From assembly GCA_963797555.1 (NCBI GenBank), contig CAWCPV010000003.1:672001-736000 (forward strand): a DNA stretch of 64,000 nucleotides, in the 5' to 3' direction. The notes under the pieces were generated by a model that saw only the letters and a list, made by a program, of their open reading frames with translations, searched no databases and was not told the DNA's origin. This stretch comes from an uncultured Gammaproteobacteria bacterium (lineage in GTDB: Bacteria > Pseudomonadota > Gammaproteobacteria > CAWCPV01). Shown here piece after piece: positions 47,578 to 57,654 of this stretch. The translations under genes were made by a program, and so were the position numbers. The first letter of the stretch is position 1, and each line of letters opens with the position of its first letter.

Positions 47578-47920
47578 GTTGCGCTAATCGATGATGGTCG
47601 GTTCCTTGGGAGGAGGTCGAGGTAGGATGCATCGCAGCCCGACCGCCTTCGCCCATATCCCGGCGCGCAGCATTACCGCGCCGGGCTCCTGCGCCGCGTC
47701 GAGCCTCTCCGCTCGACTTCCCCCACCGCGAGCGGTCTTCCCATTCAGGCAGCGACGGGCGCACCGGGGACGCCGCCGCCAGCCCATGGCCCCCGCAAGT
47801 GCGACTATACCGCCCGAAATCGCCGGCCGGAACGGGTGTCCCAAGCACCATCAGCGCCTGCGTGCCCACAGCACGCGGCGGGTTCTGCGGCTCGTCATGC
47901 TGATAATGCTGGTCCCCTGT

Positions 47921-48316
47921 GGCCTGGCGACCTCGCTCAACAACCTCGCCAAGTTCCTCAGCGACCTCGGGCAGCGCGAGGAGGCCCTCCAGGCCGCCCA
48001 AGAGGCCGTGGCGATGCGCCGGGAGCTCGCCGCCCAGCGCCCCGACGCCTTCCGCCCGGACCTGGCGACCTCGCTCAACAACCTCGCCAACTTCCTCAGC
48101 GAGCTCGGGCAGCGCGAGGAGGCCCTCCAGGCCGCCGAGGAGGCGGTAACGCTTCTGTCGGCTTACTTTTTGGCGCAGCCCGGCGCCTTCGGCCAGTGGA
48201 TGGCGGTGTGCTTACGGAATTACCTGACGTATGCCGAAAGGGTTGGCATCCAGCCGGACGTTCAGCTCATCTCACCCATTATCGAGGTGTTCAACCGCGC
48301 CCCGCCCGAGCGATGA
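47921..48316 (+). pseudogene. C-terminal TPR fragment with two 138-bp-spaced repeats
   Basis: LATSLNNLA.FLS.LGQREEALQAA twice (47923, 48061); upstream sequence unrelated. Confidence 0.75.
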
Positions 48317-48615
48317 CGCGGGCGGCAGCGGCAGCAAGACCGTGGGTCAGGGATTCTCCGAGACCTGGGGAGACGAATGCCCGTCGATGTGCAGGGGCGG
48401 CGCTTGGCCCATTGGATCACCTATTCACGTGGGATCAGCCAGAATCCGGCGAGCAGTTCACGGTGCGGAGAACTGGATGCGCGCGCCCTCCGCGCTCCGC
48501 TAAACCCCACTGGCCGCAAGTAGCACGGCCGAACAATCTTTTCCCTGTCGGCGCTCCCAACTTCCCGAAATGCCGAGCCCCCCGGATCGGTACGGTGCGC
48601 CCGCCCTGAGGCGCC

Positions 48616-49845
48616 TCAGTCGTCGATCGCCTGGTAGGCCAAGGTCCAGAAGTCGCGACAGACGCGCGGAGGACTGGGAGAAATCCAGGCGGCCTGGGTC
48701 ATCAGGATTCCGATCAGGTCCTCCGCGGGGTCCGAATACCAGGAGGTGCCCAAACCGCCGTCCCAGCCGAACTTTCCGACGGGCCCGGCCGGATCGTCGC
48801 GCCGGGTGACGACAGACACGCCGAACCCCCAACCGTGGCTGTCGAAGTAGCCGGGGACCAGACCGGACACCGCCTTCTGCCCGGGCGTCAGCTGATCGGT
48901 CGTCATGGTCTCGACCGAAGGTCTGGACAGGACGCGTTCGCTGCCGTATTTGCCCTGGTTCAGCATCATCTGACCGAAGGCCAGACAGTCGTCGATGGTC
49001 GAGACGAGCCCCGCGCCGCCGTCCGGGAATGCAGGCGGGCGGCTCCACTGGCTGCCCTTGGCCGCGTCGTAGAGCTCGAGCGCTCCGGTTTCGGGCTGGG
49101 TCCAGTAGCTCGCCGCCAGGCGGTCGATGCGGCTGGCCGGCAGGCTGAAACCGGTGTCCTTCATGCCGAGCGGCTCGAACAGACGTTCGCGGAAGAAGGT
49201 CTCCAGCGGCTGACCGGCGGCGCGCGCGATCAGCACGCCCAATACGTACGACCCCGTGTTGTACATCCACCTCGCGCCCGGCTGGTGCATCAGCGGCAGC
49301 TCGCCTAAGCGGCGAATCCACTCATCCGGCGGGTGCGGCGCCAATGGGTTCGGCGGCCCGAAACCCACGATCTGCAGGTCGCCCACCGCCTCCTGGATCG
49401 GATAGGTGCCTGGAGGCGCCATGACGATGCCCAACCCCATACGGAACGTGAGCAGGTCGCGCACGGTGATCGGCCGGTGCGCGAGCACGGTCTCGTTCAG
49501 CGGCCCGTCGAGCCGCTTCAGCACCTTGCGGCCAGCCAGCTCGGGCAGCAGCCGATCCACCGGCTCGTCCAGCCGCAGCTTGCATTCCTCCACCAGGATC
49601 ATGGTCGCCGCAGCGGTGATCGGCTTGGTCATCGAGGAGATGCGGAAGATCGTATCGCGCCGCATCGGCCCATTCCCGATGGTTTCGGGGCCGCCGACCG
49701 CCTTCATGCCGATCGCATCGACACGCACCTCGCCGTGCCGGCAGATCAGGGCGACGATACCGGGCACCTCGCCGCGCTCGACATAACCGGCCATGACATC
49801 GTGCATGCGGCCGAGCCGGGCCTTGGACAATCCTCCGATACCCAT
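48616..49845 (-). CDS. Serine hydrolase (beta-lactamase class C / EstB-like family)
   Basis: FRISSMTK (SxxK), QPGARWMYN, GAGLVST, FGWDGGLGT. Confidence 0.9.
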   Translation of the reverse strand: MGIGGLSKARLGRMHDVMAGYVERGEVPGIVALICRHGEVRVDAIGMKAVGGPETIGNGPMRRDTIFRISSMTKPITAAATMILVEECKLRLDEPVDRLLPELAGRKVLKRLDGPLNETVLAHRPITVRDLLTFRMGLGIVMAPPGTYPIQEAVGDLQIVGFGPPNPLAPHPPDEWIRRLGELPLMHQPGARWMYNTGSYVLGVLIARAAGQPLETFFRERLFEPLGMKDTGFSLPASRIDRLAASYWTQPETGALELYDAAKGSQWSRPPAFPDGGAGLVSTIDDCLAFGQMMLNQGKYGSERVLSRPSVETMTTDQLTPGQKAVSGLVPGYFDSHGWGFGVSVVTRRDDPAGPVGKFGWDGGLGTSWYSDPAEDLIGILMTQAAWISPSPPRVCRDFWTLAYQAIDD

Positions 49846-50592
49846 TGCCTGGTCCCTCCTTCCCGTCTCATCCTTTGCCTGCCTGCGCTTGCGCAGCCCT
49901 GTAACCCACTGCGGTCGCGTGAGACCTTGCCAATGAATCTGCTGCGCGTCCCGACAGCGGCGTTGCGCGGTGCGCATGGCGTACCTCCCTGTACGCCACC
50001 TCCCTGGGGCGCCCGCCGGACGTACCGAATGGCTGTCCTGCCATTCGGTCGGTCCTCGTGTATCGACTCGATAGCTGTCGTCGCTGCGGTACGTGCGCCT
50101 TGCTCTTGGTCCGCTCGGGACCATTTCTTCGCAAGTTCCGAAAGCATCCGCCTCGCAAACTCGGCGCACCAGCGTATTGGAAGCCAGGGCTCCTGCCGCC
50201 GCCGCTCCGCATTCGCTGGTGCATCCTCCGTGAACCGCCAGCGCCCAGCAGTCTATCCCAATGGTGTGGCGGGAGCACCCGACTGCCGCCGGCAGAAGGG
50301 TGTTCCGCTGGCATGCGGCGGATCTGGCGGCCCTGGCCCTCAGTCTGCCGCCGCCCGCCCACCGGCGAGGTAACCTTCGTCCTGACGGCGGTACCCTCCG
50401 CGTCCTCTACCGCAACGGGGAACTGAAGGTCCGGCTGGACCAGAAAGCGCATAGGATGCAGTGAACACATGGAAACCCGAATGAGGCCGGTCGGCCACCC
50501 GCCGACCCCATCCGTGTTTTGCCGAATTCCAATGGATATAGTCCACGTGCCGGTTGAAGTACATGCCATTACAGACAACTCCTGGTCTCGAC

Positions 50593-50666
50593 CGTCATTC
50601 CGGCTGGGAAGCCGGGATCCAGAGGCCATGGACGGCATAGGTCGGCATCCTTGCCCCTGGATTCCG
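50593..50666 (+). repeat. Truncated palindromic GTCATTCCGGC-type repeat
   Basis: CGTCATTCCGGCTGGGAAGCCGGGATCCAG...CCCTGGATTCCG. Confidence 0.55.
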
Positions 50667-50805
50667 TACAGTCTTTGCCAAACGCGCTCGCCCGGTTCGA
50701 TGGCACGGGAAAGGTAACCGTTCAGACCCTCCCACCAGTTGATCGATGCGTTAAGAGCGCGTCCAGCGCAGCAGAGCCGCTCGGCTTGTCGTACACTCCC
50801 GGCTC

Positions 50806-51715
50806 ATGGATCAAGAGCCCTCTATTCCGCAGGCGATCACGGCGAGCGGCCGGAGCTTTACCGAAGAGGAGATCTCCGCCATCGTCCGAATGGTGTCGAT
50901 GTGCGTGGGCCTGAGTCGTTTTGAGCTGGCGCAGACCATCTGTGAGCTGCTGGGGTGGAGACGGGACAACGGAGCCCTGAAGTCCCGCGAGGGTCGGGAT
51001 CTACTGGAGCGGTTGGAAGCTCGGGGGGATCTGGGGCTTCCCGCCAAGCGCACGGGCAGGCCCAAGGGGCGGCGCACCTGCACTGCGCAGACCGATCGGG
51101 GCGAACGCCGCGGCGAGATTGCCGGTGCGCTGCAGGAGGTGGCCCCGGTGGAGCTTCAGTTAGTGCGCCAGGCCGAGGGACGGGCATTGTGGCGCGAGCT
51201 TCTCGCGCGCTATCACTACTTGGGCTATGCCACACCCTTTGGGGCCCAGTTGGTCTATCTCATCTGCTCCCAGCGCCGGGAGGGGGAGGTGTTGGGCGGG
51301 CTCACCTACACCAGCCCGGCCTGGCGCATGCAGGCCCGCGATGCGTGGATTCGGCTGGGACGAGAGAGCGCGCAAAGCGCACCTCGCACGCATCGTCAAT
51401 CAGGGGCGCTTCCTGATTCTGCCCTGGGTGAAAGTGCCTCATCTGGCGAGCCACGTGCTGGCCTTGGGCAGCCGGCGCATCGTAGGGGATTGGGAGCGCC
51501 ACTATGGGCTGCGTCCCTGGCTGCTGGAGACCCTGGTGGACCCGGCCCGCTTTGCCGGGACCTGCTACCGGGCGGCCAACTGGTGCGAGGTGGGCGAGAC
51601 CAGCGGACGCGGGCGCATGGACCGTGCGCACCAACGCCATGGCAGAGCGATAAAGCGGGTCTTCCTCTACGCTCTGCACCCGCAGGCCAGAGAGCGCCTG
51701 CGCGGTGAGCGCTGA
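50806..51715 (+). CDS. DUF4338 / DruA-like protein, +1 frameshift near 51351
   Basis: Near-identical to 33461-34369; TGGATTCGG here versus TGGATCGG in copy 1. Confidence 0.85.
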
Positions 51716-51717
51716 AC

Positions 51718-53286
51718 TCAAGCGGGCGCAGGAAGCGGCGGTGCCTCAAAGCCGCGGCGTCGGTGGGCGAGGACATCTCTGAGATAGCACAGCGGGGAGC
51801 TCAATCGCAGCCGAGAAGTCTCGATCACACTGGCGAGCAGCGCCAGCGCCCGGCTGCCTTGTTCGCTGCGGGTCCCCTGGCTGATGCGACGCAGAATCAC
51901 CCAGTGACGCAGCGCCCGCTCCGCCACGTTGTTGGTCAGCGGCAGCTGAGGCTCATCCAACACCCGGAAGATCGCCCCCCAGTCGTTGAGCAGCTCCTTG
52001 CCCAGCGCCTGGGCCTTGTCATAAGGGCAGCAGCTCATGCGTTCACACAGGGCCGTGAGCTCGTTGAGCTCGCCCGGGTGGGCTTGCCGCAGGGAGCCGC
52101 CCGGTCCCTCGCGGGCGTGATAGACGGCCTGCATCAGCGCATCGAGCAGGTCATAGACCGCCTGGCCGTAGCCCTGGAGGGTGGGCGAGAGGCAATCCCT
52201 CAGGCCCCGGGCCTTGCGAATGAGATGCGCCCAGCAACGCAGGCGCTTGGCATAGTCCCGATAGACCTGGTACCCATCGCTCATCAGATAGCCGCAGAAG
52301 AGATCCTCGATGAGGTTCTGAAACATCTCTTTGGCGCGAGAGCCGACCAAGAACAGCGCCGTCGAGGCCGAGATGAACACCCATAACCACAAGGGCTCTC
52401 CCCATTGCTTGTGCGGTGTCTCATCGGCATGCATGAGGGCCGCTTCCAGCAACTGGGTCACCAGCTCATCCTCGACCGGCTCGCAGGCACGGGCGGTCTC
52501 CATCACGCATTGGTGGAGGGTGCCGATGCCGAGCGCCAGCCCAAACACCTCGTGCAGGAACTCCCGGACCAGGCGGATGGACAGGCGCATCCGAAACCGC
52601 AGCCAGACGATGAAGGCGCACAATCCCGGCCCCACCAGGCGCCACTCGCCAAGCTCCACCCCTCGCCAGCATCCCAAGTGCTCGGGCGCGCGGTGCGGCG
52701 CCTGCCGGGTCTCATGACCACAGTCGCAACGGCTCTGGTAGTATACCTGCCGCGTGCAGGTCAGGCGCAGCCCCGGCGCCTGCTCATCGCCAAAGACCAA
52801 GTCCAGCCTATCAAAGGCGGTGTAGGGCTTCGCCTGCTCAGGATTGAGCGCCCCACCACACAGCGCACAACTTCCCGGCCGATGATGGTCCCAATCGGTG
52901 ACTGTCAGCTTCTGGGCGCGCCCGAATCCCTGGGAGCCAGGCTGCCGGCCCGCTCGGCGCTGCGTCCCTGAGGTCTTGCCACTCGTGTCCTTTGCGCCCT
53001 TCTGGCCGCCAGCCCCGGGGAGGCCATCCTCCTCAGAACGGCTCTTGGCCTCCTCGTCCTCAGGACCGGCGTCGGCCTCTTCGTCCTCCCGCGCACGCAG
53101 CCAGGGGTCTTGACTGCTCGGCGGACGAGAGCTATTGGAGGGACTCTGATTGAGCCGCTCCCACGCTTCCTTGAGATCCTGCAGCAGGCGGATGCTCAGC
53201 GCTGCCAGCGCATCGGGATCCTTCTGCCTCAGCTCCAGAATGCGCTCCTCGCTGAGCTGACGAAGGTCGTGCTCCTTGAGCACCAT
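51718..53286 (-). CDS. IS66-family transposase, intact frame
   Basis: HADET, SDGY, TNNVAERALR. Confidence 0.92.
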   Translation of the reverse strand: MVLKEHDLRQLSEERILELRQKDPDALAALSIRLLQDLKEAWERLNQSPSNSSRPPSSQDPWLRAREDEEADAGPEDEEAKSRSEEDGLPGAGGQKGAKDTSGKTSGTQRRAGRQPGSQGFGRAQKLTVTDWDHHRPGSCALCGGALNPEQAKPYTAFDRLDLVFGDEQAPGLRLTCTRQVYYQSRCDCGHETRQAPHRAPEHLGCWRGVELGEWRLVGPGLCAFIVWLRFRMRLSIRLVREFLHEVFGLALGIGTLHQCVMETARACEPVEDELVTQLLEAALMHADETPHKQWGEPLWLWVFISASTALFLVGSRAKEMFQNLIEDLFCGYLMSDGYQVYRDYAKRLRCWAHLIRKARGLRDCLSPTLQGYGQAVYDLLDALMQAVYHAREGPGGSLRQAHPGELNELTALCERMSCCPYDKAQALGKELLNDWGAIFRVLDEPQLPLTNNVAERALRHWVILRRISQGTRSEQGSRALALLASVIETSRLRLSSPLCYLRDVLAHRRRGFEAPPLPAPA

Positions 53287-53694
53287 GATTGTGTGTGACA
53301 GTGAGGTCGAGGAACATCCTGCCAAGGGCACCCAACTGTCTCACGCTGGAACCGTTTTGTCCAGCCCTCCGGGTCAAAATATTCCAGGGGGGTGAACGGT
53401 TACACGGGAAAGTGTTTCTTGATCTCCAGCGGAGAGAACAATCCGTATCGCCGGGCGGCAGCGTCCAGACGCAATGCAAATGGTCCGACAGGGCCACCAA
53501 CGCCTCCAGGTGGAAGGGGTGCCGTACCCGAAAGCTATGAAACCCAGTTCGCAACACATCGGCCCGCTCGACCAATAGCCGATTCCCGTGTCGCGCGGCC
53601 AGATTCACCGTGAAAAACCACGCGGCTCGGGGAAGCCAGGCACGGCGGCACTCGGTCATCGATAACCTTCTCTCGTCCAGCTCTTTTCGCGAGC

Positions 53695-53724
53695 GATGCG
53701 GTTCCTTCGTTCACCGCATCCGAC
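53695..53724 (-). repeat. REP-like hairpin (copies also at 54366-54395 and 57609-57638; partial inverted copy at 50451-50466)
   Basis: GTCG/GTGG-GATGCGGTGAACGAAGGAACCGCATC on the minus strand; GATGCGGT/ACCGCATC stem next to the RAYT start. Confidence 0.75.
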
Positions 53725-53796
53725 GCGGGCTCGCCGCCTGCGCGGTGCGCCCCTTTCGCCCGGCTTGCCGTGCCGGGTGCTATACTCCAACGCGCG

Positions 53797-54342
53797 ATGT
53801 CCACGTTGAAGCGCAACGTCAGCCTCACCCCCGAGGAGTACATCGAGGCCGAGCAGTACGGCCCGATCCGGCACGAGCTCGTCGGCGGGCGGCTGTACGC
53901 CATGGTGGGGGCAAGCCGAGCGCACAACCTCATAGCGGGCAATCTGTACGCTGCCCTGCACACCCATCTGACGGGCAAGAACTGCCAGGTCTTCATATCG
54001 GACATGAAGGTGCGCGTGGGTGATGACTTCTATTATCCGGACATCGTCGTCGAATGCGATGCCTCCGATCCGGACCCGTACTATTGCCGCGAGCCGCGGC
54101 TCATCGTCGAGGTTCTGTCTGCCTCGACAGAGAAGTGGGACATGATCACCAAGCGCGTCGCCTACCAGTCCTTGTCCAGCCTCCAGGAGTATGTCGTGGT
54201 GGCACAGGATCGGCGAGAGATGCAGGTCTACCGTCGGGCCGGGGACACCTGGGACCTGGAGACCTACGCCCAAGGCGATGCCGTATGGGTGGCTTCGGTC
54301 GGACTGAGCCTGCCGATGGCGGCGGTCTATGAAGGCGCCTGA
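53797..54342 (+). CDS. Uma2-family endonuclease
   Basis: RHELVGG, YYPDIVV, IVEVLSASTEKWD, SLQEY. Confidence 0.9.
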   Translation: MSTLKRNVSLTPEEYIEAEQYGPIRHELVGGRLYAMVGASRAHNLIAGNLYAALHTHLTGKNCQVFISDMKVRVGDDFYYPDIVVECDASDPDPYYCREPRLIVEVLSASTEKWDMITKRVAYQSLSSLQEYVVVAQDRREMQVYRRAGDTWDLETYAQGDAVWVASVGLSLPMAAVYEGA

Positions 54343-54503
54343 AGCTCTTCGCAGGAAACGATCGCGAGCGGTTCCCTTCGTTCACCGCATCCCACACGGG
54401 CTTCGGCCTCCACCCGGCGACTGTCGGGGGATCGCCCGCAGGCGAATGGTAGAAGGGTGACCCCACGTGGTGATGCTAGACGCGATCGGTTCATGGGAGG
54501 GCC

Positions 54504-54582
54504 GCCCAACCACAAGATGGAGCTGACGAGGTCCACGCCGGTAAGGAACCGCGCGCCATCGCGGCTCATCTCGGCATTGAAC
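54504..54582 (+). other. attC site (degenerate R')
   Basis: GCCCAAC-CACAAGATGGAGCTGACG...CGCGGCTCATCTCGGC-ATTGAAC. Confidence 0.6.
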
Positions 54583-54631
54583 GGCAGAAACAACCGACGC
54601 CGAGATCGAACTAGTCAGCGAGAGAGCGATC

Positions 54632-55048
54632 ATGCTTTGCGCCGATAGCTACACAAAGGACTACGTGAGCGCTTGCCGAGCCAAGCTCGAGCAACAGGTT
54701 TCAGCGTACGAGCGCTTGATAAAGGCTGCGGGCAAGCCCGCCGAAGCGGCTGTCAAGGAATTTGAACCTCAGTTCTTCGGCAATATGATCCTGGCATTGG
54801 AGACCCGCTTCGTGCATAGGGCAAGAGGCAAAGAAGGAAAGGATGGCAATCCGCTGAATGAGGTGCGGATGATCAGTGCTTCAATGATTGCCAACGCCGA
54901 CACACTGCTTCCCGACAAGACCATCAAGTACGATCCGGCCAAGTCTATTCTGGGCTTGGAGATCGGCGACGAGATAAGGATAACGAAATCCGGGTACAGT
55001 GCCCTCTCCGAAGCGTTCCTGGCAGAAATCGAGGCAAAGTACCCGTAG
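54632..55048 (+). CDS. Hypothetical cassette protein
   Basis: 138-aa ORF starting shortly after an attC. Confidence 0.75.
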   Translation: MLCADSYTKDYVSACRAKLEQQVSAYERLIKAAGKPAEAAVKEFEPQFFGNMILALETRFVHRARGKEGKDGNPLNEVRMISASMIANADTLLPDKTIKYDPAKSILGLEIGDEIRITKSGYSALSEAFLAEIEAKYP

Positions 55049-55108
55049 CGGCATGAAAGCCACGACCTACCGTTAGTACATTCCCGCGGAAAGACCCGAG
55101 GAGGCCCC

Positions 55109-55483
55109 ATGCTGCAAAACGCCCCAATGTATTCATATATACCGGCGAAGGACCTCGCCCGCGCGCGTAGATTCTACGAGGAGAAGCTGGGCTTCAGGCC
55201 GAAGCGGGACACGGCGGGCGGCGTAGTCTACGAGTTCGGGAAGGGCACCGCGTGCTTTCTGTATCCGACGCCGAACGCCGGCACCTCCCAAGCGAGCCAG
55301 GCGTTCTGGCAAGTCGAGGACATCGAACGCGAGGTCGCGGAGCTGAAGGCGCGCGGCGTGAACTTCGAGATGTACGACACGCCCGAGATGAACGAGAACG
55401 GCATCTCGACCGCTGGCGATGCCAAAGCTGCGTGGTTCAAGGACACGGAAGGAAACATCATGGCGCTGATCCAGAGCGTCTGA
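55109..55483 (+). CDS. VOC / glyoxalase family protein
   Basis: DLARARRFYEEKLG, VAELKARGV, AAWFKDTEGN; GAGGAGG RBS. Confidence 0.9.
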   Translation: MLQNAPMYSYIPAKDLARARRFYEEKLGFRPKRDTAGGVVYEFGKGTACFLYPTPNAGTSQASQAFWQVEDIEREVAELKARGVNFEMYDTPEMNENGISTAGDAKAAWFKDTEGNIMALIQSV

Positions 55484-55575
55484 GTTCCGATTCCGGCATG
55501 TTCGCCGTTAGTCCTCGGTTAGATCACGCCCGAAGGAAATGTAGACTTCCCTGGGAACTCGTGAAAATTGATGCC

Positions 55576-55656
55576 GCATAACAACGCGATCGACTATGAC
55601 GCCTTACCAGTGCTAGATATTGTGCTGGTGGGCGCATGTCATCGCGAACTTTGGAC
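55576..55656 (+). other. attC site (degenerate R')
   Basis: GCATAAC-AACGCGAT...ATGACGCC...GGCGCATGTCATCGCGAAC-TTTGGAC. Confidence 0.6.
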
Positions 55657-55694
55657 CGCACAAGCAATTCCAGGGCGCGCGCGAGGATAGTTTC

Positions 55695-56180
55695 ATGGAT
55701 ATTCAGGCGCTATTTGGACTCAGCATCCTCATGTGTTTTGTAGCTTTTGGCTTGGTCACGAAGCTCTACATCTGGCCCCGTCTGCGGATGCTGGAGCGGG
55801 ACGATGCGCTCGCTCCATTGGTCTTGCCCCACACGTTTCGATTCATCGGCCTCAGCTTCCTGGTGCCGGGGGTTGTCTCTCCCTCGCTCCCGTCGGCCTT
55901 CGCCGCTCCAGCCGCATACGGCGATCTGGTTGCAGCCGTGCTCGCAGTCGCCGCTACTGTTGCGCTTTCCAGGCGTGCGCCAGTGGCCACCTTGCTCGTG
56001 TGGCTGTTCAACGTGTGGGGTGCGGCCGACCTCCTATTTGCGTTTTACCGAGGGTTGTTCGAGGTTCAGCTTGACCCGAGGATGCTCGGCGCCGCGTTCT
56101 TCATTCCAACAGCGATAGTGCCGCCCCTTCTGGTCACGCATGGCCTGATATTCTGGCTACTTGTCCGACCCAGGCATTAA
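55695..56180 (+). CDS. Hypothetical membrane protein (cassette)
   Basis: Several TM segments; HTFRFIG, AYGDL, FNVWG.ADL, VPPLLVTH. Confidence 0.8.
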   Translation: MDIQALFGLSILMCFVAFGLVTKLYIWPRLRMLERDDALAPLVLPHTFRFIGLSFLVPGVVSPSLPSAFAAPAAYGDLVAAVLAVAATVALSRRAPVATLLVWLFNVWGAADLLFAFYRGLFEVQLDPRMLGAAFFIPTAIVPPLLVTHGLIFWLLVRPRH

Positions 56181-56233
56181 AGCGCGGCATCGAACGTGGC
56201 GCCATTCAAACACTCGCCGATGACGAAGGTGCC

Positions 56234-56324
56234 GCCTAATCTTGCGCTCAACCGGACGGGCCGACATGCAGCTTCAACTTGGCGAGCATCGGCGCGGCGC
56301 GCCGGTTAGCTTGATGCGTTGGGC
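56234..56324 (+). other. attC site
   Basis: GCCTAAT-CTTGCGCTCAACCGGACG...CGCCGGTTAGCTTGATGC-GTTGGGC. Confidence 0.85.
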
Positions 56325-56357
56325 GAATCTATTGTGATCCGTAGATTAACTTTCAGC

Positions 56358-57422
56358 ATGCCCGTCTGGAGCCTTGTTGTACCGGTCGCAGTCTGCGCCA
56401 CGCTTGCCGCAGTTTGGGGTCGTCCGCTGGGCTGGATCCTTGTTTCCTTGGTCGCTGCCGCGCTAGCCGCAGCCGTAATCGTCGCCGTTCACCACGCCGA
56501 AGTCGTTGCGCTTCGTGTCGGCGAGCCCTTCGGCACACTGGTTCTCGCCTTGGCGGTCACCGTCATTGAGCTGTCGCTGATCGTCTCATTGATGACTTCC
56601 GGCGGGGCGGCGGCCAGCGAGCTGGCCCGGGATACGGTGTTTGCAACCGTGATGATCATCTGCAACGGCGTAGTGGGTCTGTGCCTATTGCTGGGGGCTT
56701 TGCGGCATCGCGTGCTCGCCTTCCGGGTCGACGCCGTCAACCCGGCGCTGTCGGTACTTGCCACCCTCGCGACCTTGACGCTGGTGCTGCCCACGTACAC
56801 GTCCTCCACGCCCGGACCAACGTTCTCCCCCGTGCAACTTGTTTTTGCCGGTGTGGTCTCGCTGACGCTCTACGCGGCTTTCGTCTTCGTGCAGACTGTG
56901 CGGCATCGGGATTACTTTCTGCCGGTCGGGGTGGCGTTCGAGGATGCGCACGCGACCCCGCCTCCGGTTTCCGTGGCGCTGATGAGTTTTACCCTTCTGT
57001 TTTTCTCGCTTTTGGCCGTCGTTGGTCTGGCCAAGACGCTTGCGCCAAGCATCGAAGGCGCTGTTAAGGCGGCATCGGCGCCGCAGGCTGTCGTTGGCAT
57101 CGTCATCGCGCTGCTGGTTCTGCTGCCCGAAACCTGGGCCGCCGTGCGGGCGGCCCTCCGCAATCGCATGCAGACCAGCTTCAACCTGGCGCTGGGCTCC
57201 GCGCTCGCCACCATCGGCCTGACCATACCGGCAGTGGCCATCACTTCCATTGTTCTGCGGTTGCCGCTGGATCTCGGCCTGCCCCCCAAGGAGATCACGC
57301 TGCTGGCGCTGACCTTGCTGATTTCGGCAATAACCCTTGCCAGGGGGCAATCCACGGTGCTTCAGGGAGCCGTGCACCTGATTTTGTTCGCCGTCTTTCT
57401 ATTCCTTGCGATCGTGCCGTGA
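56358..57422 (+). CDS. Calcium:proton antiporter (ChaA-like)
   Basis: VHHAEVVALRVGEPFGTLVLALAVTVIE, LLPE, LGSALATIGLTIP, LQGAVHL. Confidence 0.9.
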   Translation: MPVWSLVVPVAVCATLAAVWGRPLGWILVSLVAAALAAAVIVAVHHAEVVALRVGEPFGTLVLALAVTVIELSLIVSLMTSGGAAASELARDTVFATVMIICNGVVGLCLLLGALRHRVLAFRVDAVNPALSVLATLATLTLVLPTYTSSTPGPTFSPVQLVFAGVVSLTLYAAFVFVQTVRHRDYFLPVGVAFEDAHATPPPVSVALMSFTLLFFSLLAVVGLAKTLAPSIEGAVKAASAPQAVVGIVIALLVLLPETWAAVRAALRNRMQTSFNLALGSALATIGLTIPAVAITSIVLRLPLDLGLPPKEITLLALTLLISAITLARGQSTVLQGAVHLILFAVFLFLAIVP

Positions 57423-57482
57423 CGTATGGCGGGCAGCGAGCAGCACAAGTCAACTCTTGCGGGCATCGGCGAGAGTCGCCCA

Positions 57483-57551
57483 ATCGGGTAAGGGGGCTGC
57501 TAACCCTCCCTCCCCGTACCACCCGGCATGCGGGTCCGCACCGGGCGGTTC
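57483..57551 (-). ncRNA. Group II (IIC-like) intron 3' end remnant, domains V-VI
   Basis: GAACCGCCCGGTGCGGACCCGCATGCCGGGTGGTACGGGGAGGGAGGG...CCCCCTTACCCGAT. Confidence 0.8.
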
Positions 57552-57654
57552 AGGCATGGCGGTGTTCGGTCATCGATCACCTTCTCTCGTCCAGCTCTTT
57601 TCGCGAGCGATGTGGTTCCTTTGTTCACCGCATCCGACGCGGGCTCGGCGCCTG
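57551..57654. repeat. 104-bp imperfect copy of 53637-53740 (RAYT start codons plus REP)
   Basis: Colinear alignment at constant offset 3914. Confidence 0.85.

Larger units (their letters stand above)
50714..53403 (-). mobile_element. IS66-like element, copy 2 (inverted relative to copy 1)
   Basis: Same ends; 9-bp TSD ACGGGAAAG at 50705 and 53404; near-identical to 31775-34461. Confidence 0.92.
50460..53659 (-). pseudogene. REP-associated tyrosine transposase (RAYT), interrupted by IS66-like copy 2 and a palindromic repeat
   Basis: 53659-53404 WFFTVNL...DHLHCVWTLPPGD; continues past the IS as FSRAIEPGER; C-terminal HVDYIHWN.AKHG at about 50564-50460. Confidence 0.8.

Noticed and set aside
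49926-50135. Possible MITE-like palindromic element
   Set aside because: Degenerate single copy in the window; ends not definable
31775-53403. Composite transposon or inversion bounded by the two inverted IS66-like copies
   Set aside because: Each copy retains its own matching 9-bp TSD, which shows independent insertions and no exchange of flanks
57551-57654. Retron msr-msd or DGR template upstream of the RT
   Set aside because: The segment is explained as a RAYT/REP duplicate; its differences from 53637-53740 are not adenine-specific and no retron-style a1/a2 repeats were seen
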